This document shows, one piece after another, positions 24,147 through 35,950 of a DNA stretch of 64,000 nt; position 1 is the stretch's first letter; each line of letters begins with the position of its first letter. The notes under the pieces were generated by a model. That model worked only from the letters and a program-made list of their open reading frames with translations. It searched no databases and had not been told where the DNA came from. The position numbers were made by a program, and so were the translations under genes. The stretch is taken from the NCBI GenBank assembly GCA_030295235.1, contig AP026147.1, positions 310,001 through 374,000 of the forward strand, read 5' to 3'. The DNA comes from Fistulifera solaris (Eukaryota).

Positions 24147-27100
24147 ATGAGCCGCATCTTTGGGAGAAAGAAGGGTCGTAAACAAAAAATGTCGACAATG
24201 ATTGAACCTGCGCATTTGTCGCCCGAAGCGGTGGCTTCGTTACCTCCTCCCGGTTCTGCGGGACCGAGTCAACCGGTCTTTGCACCCGATTCATCGCGTT
24301 ATTTGGCCTTTGTTTCGATTCAGAGTAAAGCTTCCACCAAGTCGTCGCCGTCACCGCACCAAAGTAACGCTCTTTACGCACCTCTCACAACGAGTTCCTC
24401 GAAAGGATTGTTCGGGAATGGAGGGAGGAACGGCGGGGCCGAAGCCGTTTGTGGCTCCCACGAGTTCCGAACGAGTCTTGATGTGTTTGGATTTAGAAGA
24501 GGCGCAAGGAGCGCCGACGCCACCCTACAAGCCGTTACTGCGATGGAACGCGCTGACAAGGCATAGCAGTAAGCGGCGCATGACCGATGTGGAAACCGCT
24601 CCGAGTAGTAATAGTAGTGCAGCATCCGCGAATGATAGTATGTCGCTGGAAGAAAAGCTCAGGAGAGAACGACAACGAGTATCCTCCGGAAGTTCGTCTT
24701 TAACACAATTCAGCTGGGCATGGATGAATCAATCCGACACGCGCTGGCTGCGCTTACTGATACCCGCACGAGGATGTTTGTATATTCAAGATGGAGTTCA
24801 TCAGCAGCAATCACACAATCAACACGCTCGCTGTCTCCACGACAAATCAATGACGGGCATTCCGGCGGCTGGACCGGCCATCGATCCTCAATTATCACCG
24901 GATGGCACCATGGTGGCTTGGACCTGTCAAGGGGAACTGTTTCTAAAAGGGGCGCACTGGTCAGCGGATCAACCGGCTATTCAATTGACATTCGGTGCCG
25001 TGCAAAATGAGGAAGAATGCATATCGCACGGCGTCGCGGATTTTGTAGCACAGGAAGAAATGGATCGATATCGAGGCTTTTGGTGGCACCCGGACTCAAC
25101 TGGTATTCTTTTTTGCCGTACCGATGAATCGAATGTTCCGCTGTATCGAATTATGCACCAGGATGGATCGGATGCTTTCATCGATGTCGCGAAACGCAGT
25201 CAAAATCCTTCCGGCACCACCCCTATCAGTCCGTCCTCCTCATCGAATGGTCTGGCCTATGAAGATCATAGATACCCGTTTGCTGGTAAACAGAATGCCC
25301 TTGTTAAGCTCGGCTTCATTCTGATCGACCGTGATTCTTTTGTCAGTGAAAGCCACGGGATGGAAAGTCGCGAAGATGATGCGATGATGCACGACATATC
25401 ACCCCAAGAAATGGCATCTTATAAGTGGGAAAGTTGTGTTTGGATTGATCCACCACGTGAAGCTCCGGAATATTTGGCTCGTATCAATTGGTTACCAGAT
25501 GGAAGTGTTTCGGCTCAATGGCAGAACCGGGCACAGAATGTTTCAGTTTTACAACGGATTGATTTGAGCGTCGGAAAAGGTCGGACTCTTGTACTTGAAC
25601 GAAGCGATGTTTGGATCAACCTGCACCATATGTTCAAATCGCTGCCACGCCCAATACATCCGAGCGAGTGTCTGGGGGCGGTCTTGAACCAGATATTCCT
25701 CCCCCTTCCCTACCCGTTACCGTCGGGAAGCTTCTCGTTTCTCTTTGCGTCCGAACGATCTGGCTATTCGCATCTGCACTTGTACACTTATGTTCCCGGC
25801 ATCAACGGCGATCAAGCCATTTTCATCAAAGCACTAACATCCGGCGAATGGATGGTCGAACAAATCATTGGCGTTGACATGACGAAAGACGTCATATACT
25901 GCACCGGCACACTTGATTCGCCTCTCGAGCGCCACTTGTATGCGATTCCTTTTCTGAACACTCGTCTTTCCTCGGAAGATGGGAGATCGTATGAGCAATG
26001 TTCAATATCTGGCGATTTCGATCCACTGTGCGCCGCACCAAACGGCGTCCGGCGTGGTTTAAGCAAAGTCATGCACGCACTAAAAGGAGGACGATCCAGC
26101 AGCAGTGAAGTGGGTTCTTCTTCTTTGGTGAAGCCGATACGGATGACGGAAGAAAGTGGTATGCACAATATCGTGATGGACGACAACTGCCGCTTCTTTG
26201 TTGACAGTAGTAGTGATTTGTCGAGACCGTCTTCTGTGAAGATTTACGAAATACCACAAAATGAAACGCCTATCTTTGTAAGAAGTGAAGCCAAAGAATC
26301 TGGCCGTTTGGCCATAAGGTTAGTTATGGTGCTATACGATGCGATGCGAGACGACAAAAACTTGGGCACCATTATTGGTACGTCGGCACCTTCTGAACGT
26401 TTAGCTAAGGCTCTACCGGCCCCTGAATTCATATCATTCCCTACATCGGATGGAGCTGAAAGCGCTACATGCTGCGCTCTACCGACCCGACCACAAACGT
26501 CATGGCCCTGGCCCCTATCCCCTTGTTTGCGCCGTCTATGGTGGACCTCATGTACAACGGGTAAATCGCTCTTGGTCTCAGAGTGCCGACCTACGTGCTC
26601 AAAGATTAAGGAGTTTAGGTTTCTGCGTCGTGAAATGTGACAACCGCGGTTCCAGCAGAAGAGGCACTGCCTTTGAAAGTGCAATTGCGGGGCGGTTTGG
26701 GAGGTTGGAAGTTCTCGACCAGGTGGCAGTGGTTCGTCAACTTGTAGCGAGAGGCATTGCGGATGGGTCCAGAGTAGGTGTATACGGCTGGTCATACGGC
26801 GGTTACCTTGCTGCGATGTGTCTCTGTCGTGCACCGGATGTCTTTCATGTGGCGGTGGCGGGAGCCCCTGTTACTAGTTGGGATGGCTATGATACACATT
26901 ATACCGAGCGGTACATGGGAACCCCGACGGACAATCCATCTGGTTATCGAGAGTCTGCCGTTTTCGATCACGTGCCGAATATGAGAGGAAAGCTCATGCT
27001 TGTACACGGTCTTATCGATGAAAACGTCCATTTCCGCCACACTGCCCGGTTGATCAACAAGTTGATTGCTGCTGGCAAAGAGTATGATCTTCTCATCTTC

Positions 27101-27268
27101 CCCGAAGAGAGACATTCTCCGCGGCGGCTCAGAGACCGTGTCTACATGGAACAACGGATCAGTGATTACTTTGTTCGTCATTTGGCAACCAATACGAGTC
27201 CAAGCGCACTAGATATTTTGACATCGATGGGCCCCGCAGGACTTAGAACAATGGCCGGCCATCTATGA
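24147..27268 (+). CDS. Dipeptidyl peptidase IV/8/9-like serine peptidase (S9B); frameshifts ~24425 and ~26460
   Basis: [24 protein letters not shown], catalytic GWSYGG, DENVHF and ERHS motifs. No signal peptide, so DPP8/9-like. Confidence 0.92.
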
Positions 27269-28109
27269 TGAACGTTTATTCCAAGTAGAATCGATAAGCT
27301 ATAAGGCAGTCCAAAGATGATCGATGATCTTGACAAATTCATGCTCAAAAGCTCGCAACACACGCTAAGATGCTGTCGATAAACAATAGACGTCAACTAT
27401 CAACATACCCCTATCTTTGATACCAGGTAGTTCGTAGGATTTGTTCGAAGCCCTAGCTGAAGAGGGATCCTCTCGAGAGCTCGAGAGGTCTTCGAGTGTT
27501 GTGTGTTGGGACAGAACAAAGAGAAGGGGGAGGATTTGAAAAGCAATAAAGAAATCCTCTTTGATACTGAATTGTACTCAGGATATTGATCTCCCCTTCC
27601 GGACTGGTACCGAATTCGCCTATCACAGACAAGTCTTGCAGTTTCCATTTAGAGAAACTCCGAGAGACGCAGTATTAAGACCTATGTCGTCTTAGCGCCA
27701 AATGCTCTTTCAAGATGTATAGTGATGTGGAACTGGTACCCAGATTCCTAAGTTACAATACCGTGCGTCTTGACTGTAAAGGTGAAGGTATCATTTGTTT
27801 TCTTCCGCCTACTTCTTAACGAATACAAAAAGACAAAGTGTTTTTCTGTGACCACGTCTTCTTCTCCGTGCGGATTGCAACAGCGCAAGCCGCAACCTCG
27901 TTTGCAAACGACGCCAAAGCCCGCTGTTGCGCAAAAAGACTCAGAACGACAACGAAGGTCAAACATTCAATCCCAAGCAGATTATTTAGTTTATTCTCAA
28001 GCATTGCAATCAATTGAAGGTTTAAGAATTATTCGTCAGAATCATAAAAAAGATCATTAAGGTATCTCGTAACAAAGCAGTTTCTCCGCAAATTATACTT
28101 AACACAACA

Positions 28110-29275
28110 ATGAAGCCCACAGCACGCGACAGCCCGAAGGTGAAGAATGCGGCAATGCAATTACCGATTCATGATAATTCCGAAGTGGATGAAATAGATT
28201 TGAGTGCATTAAGAGGAATGCCGATCGGCGATGACATGTACATGATGGGAAATAACAGTGATTTGGAGCTAGAAAACTTGGCGGAAATCGTGCCAAATAT
28301 CAAGGCTCGGCGTCGCGGTGTTGATGTTGCGGATGACGCCGGTAGCTTGCAACCGGATAAAAAAGCGACAATTTCCCGCATATCAGAGTTTCCGTCGAGG
28401 GAAATGATGCTACCTCGCGACGAGAAAGAAAAGAAAGGAGCGCTAGTGTCCATGAGAGCTTTAGGGGAGAAGAATTATCAGAAGCTGTGCCTGATCATGA
28501 CTATGCCAGCGCAGGGCATGCGTACGACGCTGACTACGAAGCAGTGCATGGCGGTGCGGATGCTCATTCGCAGGAAGGGTTCAGCGATTTTCCTGATTCT
28601 GACAACGAATCGGATCCCAAGTCTCCAGCCAAGGTTCCGAAAGAATTTGTGAACATGTCATCCGGGCAATCGATTTCAACCGCTACACAGACGAATGAAG
28701 TCCGAATGCCCATGTATTTACCTACTTTTAAACCAGCCACGGGTTGCACAAACGCATCGGATTTCATTGTGCGATGCTTCATTGCTCGGCTAAGATCCGG
28801 AATAACTGTAGTCAAGCACGGTCGATCTCGCTGGTGCAAGTCACGACTGCGCGTATTACACATTCACCCCGACGGTCGATCCTTGAGCTGGAAGCCGGCT
28901 GAGGGAGAACCCAACTCGGCGAAGCGCGCTCCCAAGCTTGATTTGAATACCTGCTTAGAAGTCCGACACGCCTGGAGTCCCGATCCGCAAAACCCCATGT
29001 ACACAGGAACTCAGGTTCTTCGACAAAAATGCGAGGCAGCTAACGCACACAAAAGCTTCGCGTTAATTTTCAAGCATCGCACGGTTGATATCACCGCCGT
29101 GACTGCCGATCAATGCAAAGTGTTAATGGAGGGCTTTTCGGCCTTGTGCTTCCGGTTGCAGCTGGCCACGATCGCGGCGCGCAGTGGCAAAAAGGGCCAA
29201 GCTATGCCCGAAGAGGACGGCGTTTCAACAACGGCAAGTGCCACTTTAACGAATACATCCGCCAAGGGTCGTTGA
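28110..29275 (+). CDS. Protein with a C-terminal PH-like domain (PLC/Num1-type); frameshift ~28360
   Basis: LRSGITVVKHGR...RVLHIHPDGRSLSWK...SFALIFKHRTVDITA...MEGF fits the PLC-type PH pattern; acidic disordered N-terminus. Confidence 0.7.
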
Positions 29276-29791
29276 GGTGGCGAGACTGCTATTTTTGATT
29301 CTGTTTTCTTACTTAAGTTATATAGATTGATTCTTTTATGACGTACGTAGTTAAATAGCTATTGGCGAGGAGTAAGGTTTGATAAAAGACCCTTGGACCG
29401 AGAAAGGTATCAATCATGCCTATAATTGCGTTCCTTGGCCTAGGATGACAGTCCATCCTGCGCCCGACATCCTTAGTCGTGCAGTCGTGCAGCGACCGAC
29501 GAATTGAAGAAGCGTTCCACGAAAAATGCGAAACAGTTGTTGCTTTGGGTAAGCTCAACTACGTCTACATTCTATTCGATACAAAGAAACAACTTAAGAC
29601 GCCGATGAGACAAAAGCTTGTGCGTTGGGAGAAGGAAGGATGGAAGGATCCATTCTTCGTGACACCTGCCGAGCGAGCAAAAACGTCGTCTTCGCATTCA
29701 CATAATTTCACCAAAAGATACAGTTCTCATCAACTTCGACATTACAAGCAAAAAAAACCGTCGTTTACATATTCTACATCTGTGAATAACC

Positions 29792-30568
29792 ATGCGCTTC
29801 CTTTCGTTAATACTCTTGGCAGCAACCAGTCATGCTTTTGTTATGCAACCCAAGATAGGTCGCTTCCCATCGACTTTGAGCATGTCGACCGAAGTGGACG
29901 TGCCCATCATCGTGAACGGTCAAAATATCAATCTGACCCCGGCCTTGATTGACCACGTGAACAAGAAAATCGGTGCCCCTCTGAAGAAGCTGGCGAGTCA
30001 TGGTGCTGTCACGGAATGTGATGTGATTCTATCGGTAAACAAGAACCCCAAGGTGCGTCAAACTGCCGTCGTCAAATAATGACCGATGACCATTATCTCA
30101 CATTTCGTATTCGAATCTCAGGTCAAAGACAGCGATCGCGTGGAAGTAGTTACAAACTTGAAAGGAACCACCATTATTTGCAAGGTGGAAAGCCCCGACA
30201 TGTACAGTTCGATTGATTCCGTCGCCAAGGCACTCAGTCGTAAGTTGCGTCGTTACAAAGACAACCGTATTGCCGGTTGGCATGGAGGCAAGAATATGGG
30301 ACAGGACTTGCTCGAAGCGTTGGAAGCGGCGCGAGAGTTTGAGGAAGAAGCTGCCGCCGAGGAAGAGGAGGAGTTTGAAGATCCTGGAAAACCCGAAATT
30401 GTATCGATCAAATCATTTGATTTGGAGCACCCCATTAGCGTCGATGAAGCCGTCTTTGCGCTCGATTACGTGGACCATGACTTTTATGTTTTCCGAAACC
30501 AGGAGACGAATCAGATTAATGTAGTCTACAAACGCCATGTTGGAGGTGTCGGATTGGTAGAGCCCTAA
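29792..30568 (+). CDS. PSRP1: Plastid ribosome hibernation factor (PSRP1 / long HPF, S30AE family); intron 30053-30121
   Basis: Signal peptide plus SHA-FVM plastid motif; IIVNGQNINLTPALIDHVNKKI; DMYSSID.VAKALSRKLRRYK; C-terminal EAVFALDYVDHDFYVFRNQETNQINVVYKR. Confidence 0.9.
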
Positions 30569-31033
30569 ACATGGAGCCTGACGTGTCTCCCTTTACAATA
30601 AATATAGTAAACTGGCTACATGCTTCTAATCTAGATTCGTTTCTATAATTTCACCACTTTGGTTTTTAGTTATTTGGCAGTGCTTGCGATGACAGTTAGA
30701 CTATCGGGTATTAGCTTGTTTTGTCACCACTAGACTCGAGTACTTTGTATTTATTGGTCGATAAAGAACGCGACAGAAAGAGTAACGAGTACATGGTCGG
30801 CCAGTAGCAAGCGTCTTAGAAGCGTGGGCGAACCGTTGCCGAAGCTAACTCACGGTATAGGATGCGCTAAATTTTTTACTGTGCACACTAGAAATGAAAG
30901 AGATCAGAGTCGAAGAATCGATGCAAATCACTAAAAATAATGATTTTACTAAGTATTTGCTGCTTTATAAGCATTATAAATTGGCAATGCTTCAAGAAGA
31001 GGCGGGAGTTAGTGAGCATAAAGTCAATTGCCA

Positions 31034-31305
31034 GCTCGAGAATAAATTGACTCATGACTGAGATACAGCCGTGACGAAAAACGGACAACACATTGGCCTA
31101 TAGTTAATATCGCAAGGACCGGAAGCCATTGACGCATTTATTTCTAATGATGCTACATTACTAATTGTCACCTTTTAAAAGGTTTTCGATGGGTAATGCT
31201 AAAGAACAGACGAAATTTAAACAGGATAGACTCGAATTTCGGCTCGAGAAATTATTGACTCATGACTGAGATACAGTCGTGGCGAAAACGGACAACACAT
31301 TGGCT
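31034..31305. repeat. Two copies of a repeat segment 208 bp apart; same family as 60890-61510
   Basis: ctcgagaataaattgactcatgactgagatacagccgtgacgaaaaacggacaacacattggc (~31035) versus ctcgagaaattattgactcatgactgagatacagtcgtggcgaaaacggacaacacattggc (~31243). Confidence 0.85.
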
Positions 31306-31533
31306 CATAGTCCTTCCTGCGATGACGTTCCTTTCAAGATCGCGAAAGTTGAGGTTGGCGGGTCGTCGGTTTTTTCAACGAAAAAGGTAAAAGCCAATTA
31401 CAAGATAAGTAATGTTGCTATGCTAATACAACAACTCACTTGGATATATATTTATTTACAGTAATCAATATTCCCAAAAGCGGGCCTCGCAGTAGATCCG
31501 ATTCCGCGGAATTATTCTTTTACAAACCCGAAA

Positions 31534-32481
31534 ATGAGGCATTATTTTCACAACGTTTTTTTGGCCGTACTCGCCTTGGCGACGAAAGTGAGTGCTTTCT
31601 CTACAACAGGTTCGACTTATCGGCATACAGTTCAGCTGTCACTTTCATCAAACGACTCCTCATCGGAACAGCGTCGGACGATTCTGCGGCATCTTCTGAC
31701 CGGCTGGACAGTTCTGACGCCATCGGCATGGGCCGACGAAGAATCCTTTGCAGCGATATCTGCCCGTGCGAACCAAATTTCACAAGATATGAACAAAGAA
31801 GCGGCACAAGTTGCCATCACACAACGTTCGAACGATAAAACAGCTTACGATTTTTCTCTGCCGATGGAAGGGAAGAACACTCCGTTTAAGGATATTATTG
31901 GTCAGTCGATGACAGAATCGGGCGATGCTCGAGTCAAGGCAATTTTAGTGGTCAATTTGAAACAAGATGATCCTATTGCACGAAAGACGATTCCGGAACT
32001 TATCGCTTTGGCTACCAAATATGGCCGTGACACCGGTGCTCTGCGGGTGATTGTGTCTCCGTCGGATCAGGGATACTATGAACCCGATACGTCGCAACTG
32101 ATTCGTCTCAAGCTAGCTTCCGAGTACGGATATGGCATCAACCCTTCCACCATTGTTACGGATAAAGTCAATTTCCTTGGTACTGGGGCTCACCCTTTCT
32201 GGAGATGGTTACAAGCCAGCTGTCGTACGCCGGCAGGTCTGGGTCGTTTGGAAGGTAACTTTGAAAAATTCTTACTCGATGGACGAACGGGGTTGCCGTT
32301 ACGGCGTTACCCTCGCAAATACAAACCTCTCAATATGGAAGACGATATTGCTGCGGTGTTGAACGGAAAGCCACTTCCTCCTCCTCGCGCGAACTGGCAA
32401 GAAGAATGGAGAGCCGCTGCGGCGGAGGCTGACAGAGACACGTACCGCTTTCAAAAAGGTCTCAACTATTATGATCAGTAA
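31534..32481 (+). CDS. Glutathione-peroxidase-fold protein, plastid/thylakoid-lumen targeted, catalytic residues substituted
   Basis: VSA-FST plastid motif; RR...PSAWA Tat-like signal; GPx-like YDF, VVN, DKVN..G...HP.W.WL, NFEKFLLD and RRY motifs. Confidence 0.8.
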   Translation: MRHYFHNVFLAVLALATKVSAFSTTGSTYRHTVQLSLSSNDSSSEQRRTILRHLLTGWTVLTPSAWADEESFAAISARANQISQDMNKEAAQVAITQRSNDKTAYDFSLPMEGKNTPFKDIIGQSMTESGDARVKAILVVNLKQDDPIARKTIPELIALATKYGRDTGALRVIVSPSDQGYYEPDTSQLIRLKLASEYGYGINPSTIVTDKVNFLGTGAHPFWRWLQASCRTPAGLGRLEGNFEKFLLDGRTGLPLRRYPRKYKPLNMEDDIAAVLNGKPLPPPRANWQEEWRAAAAEADRDTYRFQKGLNYYDQ

Positions 32482-32653
32482 TAAAAAAGTCGAGGTTTCA
32501 TCACGACGCAATAAGCGAAATAAAGCTACTATAAGTGCAGCACGACTAGGAAAACAAACAAACAAACATGTTAATTAGGGTGCTTGCAGTAAGGAATTGC
32601 AATACGATACGCAAGCACCATTTTATAAACTAGACACGGTCGAGTGATAAGTA

Positions 32654-34144
32654 TCACTCTGGCTGCTCTACCTTCTTTCGTCGGCCTGACCATAACCTCA
32701 TTCGAGATGCACGACTAAAGGTAGAGATTTCAGAAGCCCCATCTGCTGATAAGTTCGACAAACTGGTAGCATCCATAGTTTGCTTTCCTCCGCGACTAAT
32801 TCGCTGCTGGAATGTCTTTTTCTGGGAAGAAACGACAGGAGGAGTTGTCAATACCCCCATTACAATCTGTTCCATAGATCCGCTTAATGGGGAAGGGCGA
32901 CCTGAGGCCGTTTGGCTACGACGACCATCTTGCTGTGACGAGTTCAGTTCACGTAGTATATCTTGTGTTCCGTTGGATCTCTCATCTTTGTGATCGGCCC
33001 TAGAATTTTCTCGAGATTTTACGCTGCGCGGATCGCCTCGATCGTCACGAGCTTCTTGCCTTTGTGTATTCAAGGAAGGTCTAGATTTCGAGGCTTTAAT
33101 TGGTCCACAGGAGAATACATGTGCTATTGACGACATGAGACACCCTTCTTCCAAGGAAGGAGCTGTATTGACATTTTGTGAACTTGACTGTTCTTCGGTG
33201 TAAGAAGCGTCGCTGTGTCGGTCGTAGGAAAGATCTTCGCTTCCCTCATCATACGAGCAGCTATCATAGTAAGATCCTTCTGGCAGTTTCGAAGTTGACT
33301 GAAGATGCTGCACATCGTTATTTCTCATGATTTCTTCCTGCTGCTTTGGCATTTTAGGTGCATCTACGAGCGCAGATCGTCTCGCGAGTTCGCTTCCGTC
33401 CTCACTTAGATTGTTAACGAGCTTCTTTCTCCGGAAGTATAGCGATGTAGTTTTCGTTTGGTTCTCTGTCGCATCTTTCGGCTTCTCAGTTTCTACGGCT
33501 CGTTTTGAAAACAAATTTCTCCCGATACTGAATTGGGAAACATTATCACTGACGAACGTCTTGAATCGCGATGGTTGCGAATCATTTTCACTACCTGCCT
33601 CTGTATCCGTATCAGACTGAAACAAAGGGGCTGCTGACTGGGGCAGAATCCCACGTGTATTTCGAATATGATTCACGTTTGCATGGGGTTCTGAGGCATG
33701 CATGCTACCAGAAACGCTGGCTGCAGCTGTGTGAAATATCAAAGCCTTCTCTGGGTGAGCGCCACCTCCTACAGCCCGACCCGCGCTATTTCTCTGGTCC
33801 TCTATTTCCTTCCTAGCAGACACCACAGCCATCGCAGCAATTATTTCAGCTTGACGTCTCGTCGTCCTTCGAGAAAGAAGGTGCATGCCAGAGAATCCAC
33901 TCGTTGCCGAACGGGAAGGACTTAGAACCGACGAAGCTGCTGCTTTGGCAGTAGAAGATGCTGTTTCCAAATTTCCGCCATAAACTAAAATCGATTTTGC
34001 GGCTGCTGATGCTTGGGATACTGCTTTCGCTAGCATATCAGCTTCATCCGACACGGAAAGTGACCGATGGAGTTTCATGGAAATTTTTCCGGATGAGAGC
34101 TCGGCATCCCTCCCATTTGCCGTGGAATAATCCTCGAAATGCAT
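32654..34144 (-). CDS. Hypothetical low-complexity protein
   Basis: Long uninterrupted ORF; first ATG at 34144. Ala-rich helical segment followed by Ser-rich disorder. No recognised domain. Confidence 0.7.
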   Translation of the reverse strand: MHFEDYSTANGRDAELSSGKISMKLHRSLSVSDEADMLAKAVSQASAAAKSILVYGGNLETASSTAKAAASSVLSPSRSATSGFSGMHLLSRRTTRRQAEIIAAMAVVSARKEIEDQRNSAGRAVGGGAHPEKALIFHTAAASVSGSMHASEPHANVNHIRNTRGILPQSAAPLFQSDTDTEAGSENDSQPSRFKTFVSDNVSQFSIGRNLFSKRAVETEKPKDATENQTKTTSLYFRRKKLVNNLSEDGSELARRSALVDAPKMPKQQEEIMRNNDVQHLQSTSKLPEGSYYDSCSYDEGSEDLSYDRHSDASYTEEQSSSQNVNTAPSLEEGCLMSSIAHVFSCGPIKASKSRPSLNTQRQEARDDRGDPRSVKSRENSRADHKDERSNGTQDILRELNSSQQDGRRSQTASGRPSPLSGSMEQIVMGVLTTPPVVSSQKKTFQQRISRGGKQTMDATSLSNLSADGASEISTFSRASRMRLWSGRRKKVEQPE

Positions 34145-34616
34145 CTCGTCCTGCAGATTGCTGATATTACGATACCTATCATTCAACAAGTAACACGCAA
34201 ACAGCCCTTCGTGTCGACATGAACGAGTTAGTCGCTTCTCAATTTGGTTCTCATCACAAATTCCAAACGCCGCCAAAATATGAAGACGTCGCAAGTTTTG
34301 GCGAGACGGAATATTGAGATTTGACTGTACCGCATTGTGTTGAAGGAAGGATTAGTTGGGTTTATGATTTTCAAATACATAGTCAGTATCCTTTAAGTAT
34401 TCAAGAAAACACATTTCATTCTTAGAGACGAACTATGCTTGCAGTGTTCTTCACGAAAAGATGAAACTCGAGTTAGAGGATATTTGAGAGTTCGGTACTC
34501 ACATTTCTGGTAACTGGTTTTTGATTACGACCAGACAACGTACAACAAAATTGATGTCGTACAGGTACCGGTACCAATCTCCGGTCTACGTTCTTCGTGA
34601 CACTTCAAGTTGAGAT

Positions 34617-34882
34617 TGACGTCATTCCTGGGAATTCTGAAACTCTACGAGAGGTGTCACTTCAATCTGGTCTGACGTCGAATTCCATTCTCTTGGTTAT
34701 TGTACATGACGTCGTGACGGAAGTTGTTGAATGACACATAGGTACTCATTCTAGGTACCAAAATCCATCAAGATACGACGATGAGTCAGCTGAAAACAGC
34801 TGGTTTGCCATTCATTGATTGTTTGTCGTTGCTCGTGGATCGACGACTGGACCTGGATCCTGGATCCTGCGCGCACACGTCA
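34617..34882. promoter_or_regulatory. Cluster of bZIP-type elements (4x TGACGT including one TGACGTCA palindrome, 1x TGAGTCA) upstream of the HSF gene
   Basis: TGACGTCA at 34617, TGACGT at 34673 and 34707, TGAGTCA at 34782, ACGTCA at 34877, all within the divergent intergenic region. Confidence 0.4.
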
Positions 34883-35021
34883 CGCCGGTGGAAGGTGGAA
34901 ACCTTTGCGAAAGCGTTCTCTCTCTCACATCTCACAAGCTGATTGAGAGGTGTCCACAAAAAACTCGGGGCAACTTGAGTTCCGACGAATTTCGTGCTTC
35001 CAACCGACTACAAAAATAATA

Positions 35022-35950
35022 ATGGCTTCTATCAGCGATAGTCTCTCACCACTGGTAGAAGCAGCGAATGCACTTGCTGCACTTCATTCTGCGGGGAGAC
35101 CTACCACGCAGTCTCGGCCTTTGCTGCCATATCGAGAAAGCGCCCCCTTGATGATTGTTAGCGAGGATGAATGTAACAAGAAGACTACAGGTGCCACGGC
35201 TCAGTCCAGACGATCCAAGCGTGATATATTTCCCCAACGCCTCATGTCAGTTTTAAATGACCCTTCTTTGTCTTCTATCATTACGTGGCTTCATCACGGA
35301 CGATCTTTTGTTATCCTTCGCCCTGATGTCTTTACTGCCACTGTTTTACCGAAATATTTTTCTGCCGAGTCAAACTCAGCCACGAAGTATCCATCATTTA
35401 CGCGAAAGCTCAATCGGTGGTAGGTCCGATATGGATCGAAGAGCTTAATCGAGTGTGATGTATGTGTCGTCTTACAACCGTTCAACTTTTCCTCACAGGG
35501 GGATTCCGTCAAGCAACCAGAGGTCCTGATACCGGGGCTTTCCACCATGAATTGTTCCGTCGAGACGAACCGGAACTATGCCTTCAAATGGTGTGCCATC
35601 GAACCAAGTCAGGCGACCGCCATTCGAAGAAGATCAAGAGCAACAAAGAGCCCCCGAAGAAATCATATCTACGTCTAACCAAAGATTCCCTCGATGAGGT
35701 AGCACAAAGATATGGAGACAGTCATGGAAACAAGGCTGCAACTGTCTCGGTTTCCGAAGATACACAATCCAAGTCTTCTGCTGACAACAACTCTGAGATG
35801 GCAGGTAAGTACGATGTTTCTCATCAACACATCTCAATTGACCGCAAAGTCGTTGATGATGCTCTTCAGCGAAGAGATGAACTGGAGCGCTTGAACGCAA
35901 ATCGTGTGATGCTGTTTGAAGCTTACCTGAAGGCGCTGCAGGGAAAATAG
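35022..35950 (+). CDS. Heat-shock-factor family transcription factor; intron 35420-35498
   Basis: FPQRLMSVL...IITWLHHGRSFVI...VLPKYF...KYPSFTRKLNRW|GFRQ...FHHELFRRDEPELC is the HSF DNA-binding domain. One extra G in the G-run at the acceptor. Confidence 0.92.

Noticed and set aside
27468..27490. Inverted repeat cctctcgag-ag-ctcgagagg
   Set aside because: An isolated 9-bp stem with no TIR/TSD context or second copy.
31945..31980. Selenocysteine GPx
   Set aside because: There is no in-frame TGA; the catalytic position encodes Asp.
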